Shown: piece after piece, positions 1 through 11,687 of the stretch
How the letters are laid out: each line of letters starts with the position of its first letter
Position numbering within the stretch: the first letter of the stretch is position 1
Source of the DNA: Antedon mediterranea
Taxonomy: Eukaryota; Animalia; Echinodermata
DNA: 64,000 bases
Reading direction: 5' to 3'
NCBI RefSeq assembly: GCF_964355755.1
Contig: NC_092672.1
Coordinates: 32,370,437-32,434,436, forward strand
Made by a program: the position numbers and the translations under genes
Notes under the pieces: model-generated
What the model was told of the DNA's origin: nothing
The model's database searches: none
The model's input: only the letters and a program-made list of their open reading frames with translations

Positions 1-503
1 TAATTTCCGTTTAAATATAATTTTAGAGTCATGTTTAATATTTTCTGGTATCTCGTTCCATGAATTAGCACCAGAATATCGGACAGAAAATTGACCAACA
101 TTACTTTTGTATTTTGGAATAGCAAGATTTCCCCTTGCTTGAAATCTCGTTGAGTGACGATGCTGGGCATGTGAAAAATATTCTGGAATTCCCACGGGAA
201 ACCTGCCATTAATACTGTCATGAACAAATAAAACTAACTGAAATGTATGTTGCTTATAAATATTTAGTATCCCCAGTTCTGTAAATAATGATGATGTATG
301 TGCTAATCTATCAGAGTGTGTTATAGTGCGTACAATTCGTTTTTGGTTAAGGTGTATAGGTTTTAAATTTGTTGAATATGTGTTCCCCCATGCCTCTAGA
401 GCATAGGATATATGGGGTAGAATAAAACAATTGTATAAGAGTAATAAAATTGACTGAGGAACAAAATTTCTCAGTTTATAGAGCACACCTGCCTTGGAAC
501 TAA

Positions 504-537
<34 letters not shown>

Positions 538-1500
538 TCAAGTGTGACCCCTATATACACGGTTGATTCTACTTCGTCAATGTCTGTTCCTTTAACATGT
601 ATTGCTCCGTTAGTTTTAATAGCCGTGTGTTTACCATGGAAAATTATATACTCTGTCTTTTTTGTATTAATGGTTAATTTATTTAAATCACACCAGTCCA
701 CAATATTTTTAAATTTGCTATCTATATACTGCATGTCAATATCATCATGTGGATTAAAAGTATGGAACAAACTGGTATCGTCTGCAAACAAACGAATATC
801 AAAGTAGTCAGTCACATGTGCAATGTCATTGATATATATATAAGGAACAATGTAGGCCCCAATACTGACCCTTGGGGTACACCGCAACTTATGGAAAGTT
901 CATTTGAATCGATACCGTTTATACTCACATATTGTTTTCTGTTATATAGGTAATTTTTTTAAAAAGCCAATGGTAACCTCCGAATCCCATATGAATATAA
1001 TTTATTTATTAGAATGCTATGGTTCACCGTATCGAAGGCTTTTTTTAGATCCAAGAATATCCCCAAAACTACATTTCCCTTGTCAATTTCATCTGACAGT
1101 TTCTGTGTCAGGTCTGTGATAGCTAGTTTTGTACTATAATTCTCTCTGAAACCATATTGGTGAGAGTACAATAAATCAAAGCGGGATAAATAAGATGTAA
1201 GTTGTTTATTAAATATTTTTTCAAAAACTTTACTAAACTGCGGAAGTATAGATACCGGTCTATAGTTACTTGGATCAGACGGTAAACCTTTTTTAAAAAT
1301 GGGTATCACTTTCGCCTTTTTTAACGCATCGGGGAAAGTCCCCTTAGAAAACGATAGATTTATTAAATATGCGAGGGGTTGACTAATGTAATTTGCTGCT
1401 AAAATAATTAATTTGGGGCTTATCTGATCTATTCCCCCACAGCCTTATTTTTATCTAATCTAATTAAAATATCGTATACTTCATTTTCATTTGTACCTGT
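1..1500 (-). mobile_element. Degenerate, 5'-truncated non-LTR retrotransposon (L2/CR1 group) ORF2 reverse-transcriptase region, antisense within the PARP gene intron; runs off the window start
   Basis: Minus-strand pieces read KAKVIPIFKKG..DPSNYRPVSILPQFSKVFEK..HQYGFR..GIFLDLKKAFDTVNHSIL (959-1309), GVPQGS (about 867-885), YIND..RLFADDT..LTINTKKT..YIGVTLD (471-887) and then GVLYKLRNFVPQ..WNEIP. Frameshifts and stops separate the pieces. Confidence 0.92.
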
Positions 1501-2030
1501 ATGTTTTCGCAATATCTCAAAAAGAAAAAAAAAGTAAAATCTAAAGGAAGGTACATAAAGAATATATTTTAGAATTGCTATGCAGTGGCATTTATGAATT
1601 TCTTTGCTTAAATAAACATTTAAAACCATAAGCATCATTTTATCAATTTGTTTAAACAATTATATTAAAACAACTTTTATTATTGTTTGCTTGGGGTTAA
1701 ATATCAAATGATTGAGTTACGATAATGTTGCAGTTTAAAGAATGTTTGATAGATCCAGATGTTAGTGACTCATAATAATTTTATATTCTTGTATCTTCAC
1801 CTTGTTATTAAAATGTCTTCAATATATTGATTTCATAATGTAAATTATGATGAAGAAAAGTCTAATAACGATTATTAACAACGAGTTCAATGTCGACATA
1901 ATCGCTCACACACTACTGGTAATCTTTTCAGTTCCATTCAGTTACTGAAAATTCAACGTTAGTGCACTTCTGGTCGAATTGAGTTGCTTTCAGTTCCTGG
2001 TCGAGATAAGCCTACCTTAAGATGGATTTG

Positions 2031-2158
2031 TTTTTAGTCGCGTGCAACGCAACTCTGCAGCTCACATGTCGGTCGGTTGGTCGGATGATCGGTGAGTCGG
2101 TCGGTAAACACTAACTCAAATTGGAGCACGCGACTGCAGCCATGTATGTGGCCTTGTT
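2031..2158 (+). mobile_element. Short Helentron-associated (DINE-1/HINE-like) element
   Basis: Subterminal inverted repeat AGTCGCGTG (2036) / CACGCGACT (2127), internal (GTCG)n microsatellite, 3' GGCCTTGTT end, T-rich insertion site. Same architecture as 10326-11110. Confidence 0.65.
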
Positions 2159-2236
2159 ATTAATATTGCCTGTACAGTATCCTTCCTATTTTTACTTTAA
2201 AAAAACAACTGAATTGGGTTTTTTCTTTTTCACAAG

Positions 2237-3344
2237 GAAAAATGAAATCATGGTGAAGAAAAACTCTAATAGAGAAGTTGAAGAGCTGCGACTGTTTCAC
2301 GGAACAATGCATGATAAAGTTGATGATATCTGTTGTGATAATTTTGACTTCCGCTTGAGCGGTACACGAGTTGGTCATGTTTATGGACAAGGAGCTTATT
2401 TTGCTACTTCAGCAAAGTACTCCAATGATTATGCTGAAGAAGATGGTGTTGGTATAAAGAGGATGTTTGTTGTAAGAGTTCTTGTTGGTAGCTACACAGT
2501 TGGCACAAAAGAGATGCGCCGGCCACCACTTAAGTACCCTGAAAATAAGTCTAAGGGGTTCTATGACTCTTGTGTTAATAATGTAGCTAGTCCGAGTATT
2601 TTTGTAGTGTTTGATAACGATCAGGTTTATCCAGAATATCTCATTACTTATACAATTCCACCGTACAATGCCTACAGTAACCCATATTCAGCAAGCTACT
2701 CTTCAATCACTTCTTCAAATTCAAACCAACCCCCTTACAGTAACCCATATTTAACAAGAAGCCCATCTACCAGTCGTTCTTTGACTACTTCACCAAATTC
2801 AAATCAACCATCTAACGATTTGGGAAGCGGGGGCATCAATAAAGATGACATCATGTTATACTTCTTTTATTTTATGCTTATTTGGGTTACCCCATTACTT
2901 ATCTCATTATTCTTTGAGTTAATTAAATTTACTTTTTATTTGCCTTTTGATTTTATTCTGTCATTATATAGATTTATTCTGGATACTTTTATTCTGCTTT
3001 TTTATCTTTCCTATCTGTTTCCATTATTAATCAAGGTCATTTTGGGTACTCTTATTATTTGTTTTCTTTCGATTGTACTTATTTCTTTATTCGAATTAAG
3101 CGATAATCCTGAATATCTTTTAGGTCTACATCTGTTTTTGTATTATTTTATCCTGCTTCTTGTTTTTAAGCCAATTGGTTTTGAGTGCATATTTTGTATT
3201 GTTATTCTTATCATGTTTCTTGTATATTATATCCATATTATCAAGTTTACCAAACTAGTCAGGTTGCAAGATTTCATTAAAAAAAGTAAGTTTCATGAAA
3301 CCTGTCTAGATATCATCGATAAGTTAAAAGAACACCTAACCTAA
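2237..3344 (+). CDS. Terminal exon of a PARP12/TIPARP(PARP7)/PARP11-like mono-ADP-ribosyltransferase: PARP catalytic domain, Ser/Pro/Asn linker and hydrophobic multi-TM C-tail; upstream exons not found in the window
   Basis: Motifs LFHGT, FDFRLSG, YGQGAYFA..A.YS..YA, MFVVRVLVGSYT.G..MRRPP, YDSCVNN..PSIFVVFD..QVYPEYLI fit an H-Y-I triad mono-ART. Polypyrimidine tract plus AAG acceptor ends at 2236 (phase 2). Stop TAA at 3342-3344. Confidence 0.9.
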
Positions 3345-4562
3345 GCTTTAGCTACATGGGGGTATTTCATCACAAAATGGCCGCCAAAATATCAGGTTAC
3401 AGGTTTCATTTAGTGTTAAAATTGTCGATGATTTATAATTATCAAATATTTGCTGTTGGTAAAAAAAATACGCTTGGACATGATTTTCTTACAGTATCCT
3501 CCATAGAAAAACACTGATGAAAGAAAGTGGTAACTAATAGAGTGGTCTCGGGACAATACAGATAGAAGTTTGAAATGTTTTATTAGAAATATAGATAGGC
3601 CTACGACGTAATGCTTGTATTGTGTATTGTTAGGCGCTCTGTTCTTTGTAGGACGCCATATAAAAAGCTTACATAGATATATGTTTACATATAGTGTGAA
3701 TATTTCGATGTAATGGTTTTGTATAATTATGTCTATTAGATTAGTATACGATGAATTAGTTAATTCATTAGAAATTGTATATACATTTAAATATCGTTTT
3801 ATTATGAATATTTAAAAAAACAAAGATATGTGTATTGTATTATATTATATTATATTATAAGAGTATAGATATAAGGAAGACCCCACTAAAAAAAATTACG
3901 ATCATTCGGGAAAACACCTCACGTTTAAGAAATAATTTTTATTCAACGATCTTTATAGATATGTATCTCAAAATATTTTTATTTACAGATGATACACTTA
4001 GTATCATTTGTAGACAAAAAATATTGAATATCAAGTCCGATGATTGATGAAATACCGGTATGTGATATGTTGGCAAAAACTAAAAAAAAAGGGATTTAAT
4101 GTTGACAGAGTTCTATTAGTTTATAAATAATAAGCGTTTGGTGCAGTTATTAATATTATGAATTCCTAAGGGAGTAAAACATTGTTTACCATCTACCTTA
4201 AAAAATGCTGTTTCTCAGACCTAATACAAAATATAATAATCATCAATTCGGTCTCAAAGAACCCAAGTAAGTTTTCTTTGAGTTTTCTTCTTCTACGCCT
4301 TCGTTAAGTTAGAGAAAACTTATTTACGTTCTTTAAAAGCTGAACTGGATTTAAAATGTTGACAGAATTGCAAGACATTCGACGTTTTTCCTAATTAAAA
4401 CTAATAATTTAGTATTAAACATTATAGGCCTATTGTTTTGTAATCAATCTGCATTTTATTTCATTGTTGAAGTTAAGGAAGGCACCGTCACTGAGATTTA
4501 TATCACTGTTATGAAAATATTTACAAAATAAATATCATTATTAAACAATACAATTGTTCATT

Positions 4563-5560
4563 ATTTCCGAGAAGCAAATTGATAGTAATTGGTACCGGGC
4601 AGATACTTGAAAAATTGCTGACACATCGGTACCTTAAGTCCTTCCAGATAGATGTACATTAAATATAAACAAATTAATAATTAATATATAATAAACAAAC
4701 TAGAAAGAGACTCATTGGCTGATTGGGTGTCGCACAAAACTACAAAAACATGCTTTCCCAAATGTGTCTATATAGGTTAAATGTTTCAAGTGAAAGCAGA
4801 GAAAGTTGCAGTAGTGGCAGTACGTTAGACTTTGTGAACTTACTTAATAATATTAACGGTGGCGGTGGCGTAATTTCAAAGAGAGATTTGTTTGTTTCTT
4901 TGTTGAGATTAAATTAGAAATTGAAAGGTTTTGCCTTATTCACTATACATTCTATCTTTTGGTTAGGCGATTGTTTTAGATGTTTAAGTCTCAATATAAT
5001 GTCGTGACTTCATAATATTTCTAATTAAACACAATATTTGTTATAATACTGTAGTGGAATTCATGAATATGTTTTTAACAGACTGACTCAGGACATACGG
5101 AACTAAATCATGAAATCTTCAATAATATTCAATTAGTCTGGTTCATATTTTCTAGAAAGGATTTTGTAATAACTTTTAGGGAAAGATTTCTAGTCTTCAT
5201 TTATAATATGTTGAATTAAATATGACTTATATTTTTCTCTCTTTTAATTATAATCGCTAACCCTGTATAACCTAACCTTAGTTGAGCGTCACAAGGTCAA
5301 AGGTGAAATTAATTATGATGCTTTCTTTGGTCATAGATACTTGATATTATTTGAATAAAGATTGGTTGAAAATATCAGAACTTTCCTCCATTTTGATTTT
5401 CCCTACCTTTCGACCGACTGAAGTTGAATATATGTCCAACTATATTCACTTAAATAATCTTTCTATCAATCAGTATTTCAATTACAATTTAAAAACAGTT
5501 TTTATTTCCAGATAGTCACCGCCTTTTTCTGAGTGTAACCGCCTAAGGAGGCCTACACAA
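4563..5560 (+). repeat. Copy 1 of a local duplication of a promoter-like block (about 1 kb)
   Basis: Colinear with 6260-7890: ttccgagaagcaaattgata; gctgacacat; cattaaatataaaca; tttgtgaacttacttaat; gcgtcac.aggtcaaag; ttccagatagtc; aaggaggccta. Confidence 0.85.
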
Positions 5561-6260
5561 TTTGAAATACAAACACATTCTGTACATCGTAAATACAGAG
5601 AAATGTTAATATTTGTTTTTTGCTTATCAAAGATACAATTCAGTTGTCGAGAAGTACGTGACAACTCGGATGTTTTTATAGAGATTTCAGACTATTTCTG
5701 GTTTGTTTATTTCCTATTAAAAAAATATTTGCTATTGATACCATTTGGCGAAATGGCCTTTTATCAATTGCATGGAATAATGATATCTGTGGAAAGGTAC
5801 GGAATATATAATATAATAATATAACATTTCCGTAACAAATTTTCAATGTGAAGTTAAATTGTTATTATTGTTAAACTGTTTTTATGTTAAGCAGTCTTGT
5901 CAACTGCTTTATTCTGTATAATTAAGACTCTTTAGGTAGTTCCAATATTAAAAATGTCAATAATAAAGGAAAATAAATACTTTGATACAAAGATGGTTTA
6001 AATTGTTTACGTCCGTGACGGTCATACGGCAAAGGAGTTATGTCAGAGTCTATCTGAAAAGGTACCGTATGGATCATAATACCTAAATTTATTTTTTTGT
6101 AAGTAAAAATAATTTAATATTAAAGTTATGCCTTTTGTATTTTTTTGTAATTATGTATGTTGCTTTTTTTTTTAAAGGAATGCATCATCAGTGAGATGCA
6201 TATCGCTGTTTATGAAAATATGTTCTAAATCAATATTAAACTAAAAATACTTTGTAAACT

Positions 6261-6575
6261 TTCCGAGAAGCAAATTGATAATAATTACCACAAACTTAAG
6301 TGGTACCGGATGATTAAGGCACTTGAAAACCTGCTGACACATACCTTAACAGATATCTCCAAGATCTGCTTTCAGAAAGATGTGCATTAAATATAAACAC
6401 ATTAATAATTAATATATAATAAACAATACGTTAACAGGAAAGAGATTGATTGGCCGATTGCTATTGTGTATCTCACAAAACTACAAAACACATAGTTACT
6501 TTCCCAAATGTGTCTAGTCTTTTTCAAGTGAAAGCGAAGAAAGAAAGTACCGTGAACTACACACCAGAAATAGGT
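6261..6575 (+). promoter_or_regulatory. Putative immune-responsive promoter: GAS (STAT) site, CCAAT box and IRF-E-like site
   Basis: TTCCGAGAA (TTCN3GAA) at 6261-6269, ATTGG at about 6449, AAGTGAAAGCGAA at 6526-6538. Equivalent motifs occur in copy 1 (4565-4573 and about 4788). Function is inferred from motif match only. Confidence 0.4.
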
Positions 6576-6761
6576 AAGCCAGCTGTCTGAAAACAGTTTC
6601 AAGCTACATTCGGTAGTGAAATAAAGGCTTTTTTTTTTTACATTATCCAGTGGCAAACCAGCAAAAATATTACAAATTTGTCGCAACAACCTAAAAGGAA
6701 CCTGCACGCTAGCAGTATGTCAGCAGAATTTGTGAACTTACTTAATGATAACGGTGGTGTT

Positions 6762-7192
6762 TTTTTTCTCTCTTTTGTGGGGGCAACCCACTTTTATTGC
6801 AATGATAAACAATATGGTGAAGGTTACAGTATATATGTCTATCTATCTATTTATCAATGACTATTTAAGTGATATTACACAGACAGAAGTTAAAAGATTA
6901 TATAAAATATTTTGATAATGTGTTGAAATCTAGATAAAAAACAAACATGTATACAGAGAAAATTTATATTACAGAGCTAAAACGATATAAAGATTAATAA
7001 TCAGTATTAAAAAGAGATTCGATATAATATAAATATATATGATAAAATGGTATATTGCATTATAAGATTATGTTTTGTTTGAATACTTTTATAAAATTGT
7101 ATAGTTTTACATTTTGAACATAATATTGCTTTTATTATTTATATGATAAAATAACAAACTAATAAATATTGCAAAGCTAAACCCAAACCGAA
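6762..7192 (-). mobile_element. 5'-truncated retroposed insertion (LINE 3' UTR or processed RNA) with 15-bp target-site duplication
   Basis: GATAACGGTGGTGTT at 6747-6761 and 7193-7207. The minus strand ends AATAAAAGTGGGTTGCCCCCACAAAAGAGAGAAAAAAA. The segment is absent from copy 1. Confidence 0.75.
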
Positions 7193-8221
7193 GATAACGG
7201 TGGTGTTAATGTAATTTCAAAGAGATATTTAATTTATAAAATAGATTTTGCAGCAGAATATCAATGATTCTTTGTTTGGCCTTATTCAAATATAGCCTAA
7301 TATAAATACTGCCATGTATGTGCTAGCCTCTTCGTCATTGTTTTAGATGTTGATGTCCCAATATAATGAGAGAAACTTACAGTATTCAAATAATGTTGTT
7401 ACTTCATAATATTTCTATTAATAATAATTATTATGATAATGTAGTGGAGTTCGCTTCGGGAGAAATTGATGAACATTTTTCTAACGAACTGACTCGAAAC
7501 GTAATTTTCATCAAATATCCAACTAAATTTATTTGTCTATGGTTCATATTGTTTAATATAATCACTTTGAAGATGGATTTCTAGTCTGAATTCATATGTT
7601 GAATTATATAACCTTTAACCCTGTAAAATATTCTTAGTTAAGCGTCACGAGGCCAAAGTTAAAACTAATTATGATGCTTTTTTTATCATATTTCTTTGGT
7701 CGTGGATATTTGATTTTTTTAATTATAAAAATTGGTTGAAAAATACTTTCTTCCATTTTGATTTGATCTACCATACGACCCACTGTATTCACTTAAATAA
7801 TTTTTCTATCTATCAGTATTGCAATTACATTCAATCATCAGTTTTAATTCCAGATAGTCTGAGTGGAACGACGAAGGAGGCCTAAACAATTAATATTTAA
7901 AGTACAAATTCTGTTGACTCCACAGTGGTAACCCCACAATATGAGCTTCCTACCCTAATACCCACTCTTAGACCATTAGTGTAGGCATCAGAATATACTT
8001 TCATATTACAGGTTCACAAACCTACTTGGAAAGCAAACTAAAAAAAGACATGATAACAATATTTATTTGGAAAACACTTTCATACAGGACACTGCATCTA
8101 TAAGTATTTGTATTTCAGATTAAACAAACCACATCAACTTGTAAGAGAAAACAGATAGCGAAGATTACAGAAAAATATCTAAATTGTTTAACGAAACTTT
8201 TCCAGCTTAAGCCGATCGAAA

Positions 8222-9081
8222 ATGAGACCTACAGGTAAACAGCTGCAAGGTATTCAACATGGTAAATAACTAATACTTACATTTACAAAAACTGGGGCAA
8301 TTATAGAACTAAAACCTTAAGTTATTTTAATAAATTGTACATTTAATTGGTTGATCCGCTCTCTCCAAGCAGATCTCTTGTTGTAATTTGCTGTCATTTT
8401 CTTACTTCCTCCTCTATGTTGGCGCATCATCTCATAATTATAATATTACATTCCGAAAAACGTTCGTTAATTACACTTATACTTGCCTACCTAGTTGTAT
8501 GCATTATGATTTTGTTTTTGTCTGGCACTAATTCACTGCTTCAATGAAGATATTTAACGTAAATCCACGTGTTACATTTTACCAAAATTAGACAAGATGA
8601 TGTTTTAGTTTAAAGAAAGTTCGGACTATAGTGACCACCAAATAGCCTGCAATATCTGTCTTTCCTTGTTTTAAAAATGAATTAATCAATTCTATCTTTT
8701 TATTTAAAAGGTAAAAGAACCTCTTCAATTACTTGGTCAAATACAAACCAACCATCTCACAGTAACACAAACTCGACAAGTGAATATCGCCCACCTACCA
8801 GTCGCTTAAGTAACCAACAAAACAGGAGACATAATTTAGGAAGACAGAGGAAGAACATCAAGAACAATGACTTTATGATTTATGTTATAGGCCTACTTAT
8901 TTTTCTTGCAGTAGCAGTACAATTTTTCGTTTATAAGTACGCTTTGGTTGCATTTAAGGTAGTTTTGGGTATTATTTTAGTTTATTCTGTTTCCTTTGTA
9001 TTTTACTTGGTATTCCATCCAACTCATGGTCCCGTCTCTATACATAAGCGGGTGAAATATTTTTTGGGGGGAGATGAGTAA
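8222..9081 (+). CDS. Putative 127-aa two-TM protein paralogous to the PARP C-terminal tail, with no catalytic domain; join(8222..8234,8711..9081)
   Basis: ATG AGA CCT ACA G|gtaaac (phase 1) fits acceptor tttaaaag|GT AAA. The product MRPTGKRTSSITWSNTNQPSHSNT..RPPTSR..HNLGRQRKNIKNNDFMIYVIGLLIFLAVAVQFF.. aligns by eye with the PARP tail SSITSSNSNQPPYSNP..SPSTSR..NDLGSGGINKDDIMLYFFYFML. AATAAA at 9384. Confidence 0.5.
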
Positions 9082-9699
9082 CTGAGCTGGGGGTTATTCG
9101 CTCCAGCGCTGTAGACAGCGTTTCAGATCAATTTAGCCTTAGGCCTATACAGAAGTGTTAATGTAACTTTACAATTATTTATTGTCGTTGAACAGTATCT
9201 ATATTTATTAAGAATTGGTACGTACCTTGAGAGAAGAAAAAAAGACCTGCAATCGAATATATACAGATCAGCAAAAAAAATCCCATTAAATTGATTTATT
9301 GAATTTTTATTATTTATTTATTTAATCACAGTCTTGTGTAATACAAGACCAGCCAATTCTGATGAGTGAATGTATAAAATAACAATAAAATAGACACGGA
9401 TACAATTTTTTTTTAAAAATAAATAACTGCTTTAAACAGACTTAAAACACCAAACCTAATTTGTTTTATTGGTTTTTTTTTTCTTTTATTGAATTAAGAA
9501 AAAACCTGCTAAAATTATGATATTAAATATGAAAATTCTATTCGGAAATGATTCTTAAAACACGAAAAAATGTATACATCAAATGCAATATTATAACCCT
9601 ATCGGAAATTAAAATATGAAATGTTAAATTTATGCCTATGGAAAAAAAATTAATTAATTTAAAAAGAACTATACAAAGAGCAGCATTATAATGACAAAA

Positions 9700-9820
9700 C
9701 AATGTGATGTGCACATTAATAATATGGACACAATGACGTCATATCACTACCATATTTAGGCATATCACCAAGCACATCACACTTTTTGTCAAACTTGTTT
9801 GTTATAGTGTAGACAGAGCT
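9700..9820. mobile_element. Partial copy of the abundant AGCTCTGTCTACACTATCAAAC-TIR MITE (Harbinger/Tourist-like)
   Basis: Ends ...tagtgtagacagagct|taa. Internal gtgatgtgc and gcacatcac motifs are shared with the other copies. Confidence 0.65.
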
Positions 9821-10325
9821 TAAGAACGAATAAACATTGACGACTCGGATTGAAGAAGGTGAACTTTGCAGAAACTACTTTTAAAATTTGAGTAAAAATA
9901 CCGATTCTGTAGAGAGTAGTAGAGAATATTCTTACGGTATTAAGAAAATATTGAGAAAATGTAATTTGTCGAAATTGAAAAATATGTAAATATAAGGAAT
10001 GAGATAATATATAATAAAGAATATGAAAATTGTAAAAACAAATAATTGTAAATCGTCTGGTATGTGTTAAAATGAAAAAAACAAACTAATGATATTTGAA
10101 AGAAACAATAGAAATAGAACTGATGAATATAATATATCACAAGAATGAGTAATCCGCAATTTTTGCATTAGAAATTTATAACAGAGAGTGATCATAAATG
10201 ATCTAATGTGTATTTTAAAAAATCGTATACTTTCTGCAAGGAGATTTAAAATGTTCTGTGCCATTTTCATAACAGTTAGTTTTCTTTATGTTTGCGGGGT
10301 TTTGTGTGTGTGTGTTTATTTGGTG

Positions 10326-11110
10326 TTTTTAGTCGCGTGGAAGCGACTCTATAGTTCACTATGTCGGTCGGTCGGTCTGTCTGTCGGTCTGTCTGTCGGT
10401 CTGTCTGTCTGTCTGTCGGTCCGGTATCACTATGCGTTTTATTGCTTTCTGACCTTATCTTGATATCAGTTTAATCTAGCTAGGTCAATTTTTCACAGTA
10501 TATTCCTTATGGCCAGGAATCAATGTGGTTATGTTTTCACGGTGCGCAATAAAAAATTACGCGGTCTACGCACGATTTAACGAAATCACGTTTGTAATCA
10601 TATCTTCACAACCATGAATCACAATTAAATAAAATTTGGTACTCATAAATTTCAGGGCATAAATCATCATATGGCAATACAATTACGTGCGTAGCGCATG
10701 TAACGCATGCGTACGCGCGCTTAAAATTTTCAAAATTTATTTTCGATGAAATAAGAGTAGGCCTACATTTCAGGCAATTTTAAGCGTTTAAAAAATTGCC
10801 ATGAGTGCGCGTTAAATGTTATTACGCACTCTTTTTGCCCGATTTCTGTTTTCTTGACTTACTTTTCAACTCGAAATTACGTTATACAAGCACGTCGAAA
10901 GTGACAGGCTACGCACGTGTAAATTAAAAAAATATAAATGTTTTTAAACATTTCAACATTTTTAAACATGTTCAGTAATTTCGGTCAGTATAGTTCACTA
11001 TGTCGGTCGGTCTGTCTGTCTGTCGGTCTGTCTGTCGGTCTATCGGTCTGTATGTCGGTCCGGTATCACTATGCATTGTAGCACGCGACTTAATGGCTGT
11101 TGGCCTTGTT
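10326..11110 (+). mobile_element. Helentron-associated (DINE-1/HINE-like) non-autonomous element
   Basis: AGTCGCGTG (10331) and CACGCGACT (11082) subterminal IRs. Two direct copies of tatagttcactatgtcggtcgg(TCTG/TCGG)n..ccggtatcactatgc (10350-10435, 10989-11074). Short 3' stem then TGGCCTTGTT; T-rich target. Confidence 0.72.
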
Positions 11111-11687
11111 TTGTTTGTTATAGCCTTTGCTGTTCTGTGTGGTGAGTGTTGTGTTGTTTTGCTGTGTTAATATAATATAACTGTTATTGTTTTGCTGGTT
11201 TGGTAGTACAGTTTGGTTACAAATGACAGTAGGTTAGAATAATCGATCTACAAAACCACGTTAGTTTTATAAACATTGAGTTTCATGATAGAATTATGAT
11301 TAATATGTAAAAAGTTAACTATTATAGATTTAAGTTTACGACTTATTTACGCCATAATTATAACCAAACTACAGGCTAACGTTGTAGGCCTGCAATAAGG
11401 TATATGGCCTTACTATACAATATAGAGGTATACGACGAATATGTTACAAATGAATAAACGATATCAAAATAAAGAGTTCTTACATTTCCAGCATTTGGTG
11501 TAGTCACTTTCACGTTAAATTCTTCTGAGCCTTCCTCAGCTCTCTCATTCAGTGTATATTTGTCATGTTGCGTGTGTTGTTAGTGGGCCACGCTGTATTG
11601 GTACACAACATACCTTTACTACCACCTGTGTACTTTTTTTCTTACACATTTTATTATTTTTCAAAAATCCAGAGGGCAGTATTAGTA

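Larger units (their letters stand above)
6260..7890 (+). repeat. Copy 2 of the duplicated promoter-like block, carrying a retroposed insertion and a splice donor at 6574
   Basis: Same colinear blocks as 4563-5560. It has extra segments at about 6550-6710 (including AG|GTAAGC) and 6762-7192. Confidence 0.85.

Noticed and set aside
2121-2236. N-terminal part of the 407-aa ORF (MEHATAAMYVALL...)
   Set aside because: It starts at TTG inside a Helentron-like repeat and runs through a polypyrimidine tract, so it is intronic; the real exon starts at 2237.
8119-8237. Alternative open frame IKQTTSTCKRKQIAKITEKYLNCLTKLFQLKPIENETYR as a PARP N-flank exon
   Set aside because: Similarity to the pre-catalytic PARP segment is too weak, and splicing it to 8711 gives an immediate stop.
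11565-11687. Upstream extension of the ICMT exon 1 ORF
   Set aside because: It begins upstream of the plausible Met and lacks ICMT similarity; ATG 11688 gives a normal-length (290 aa) protein.
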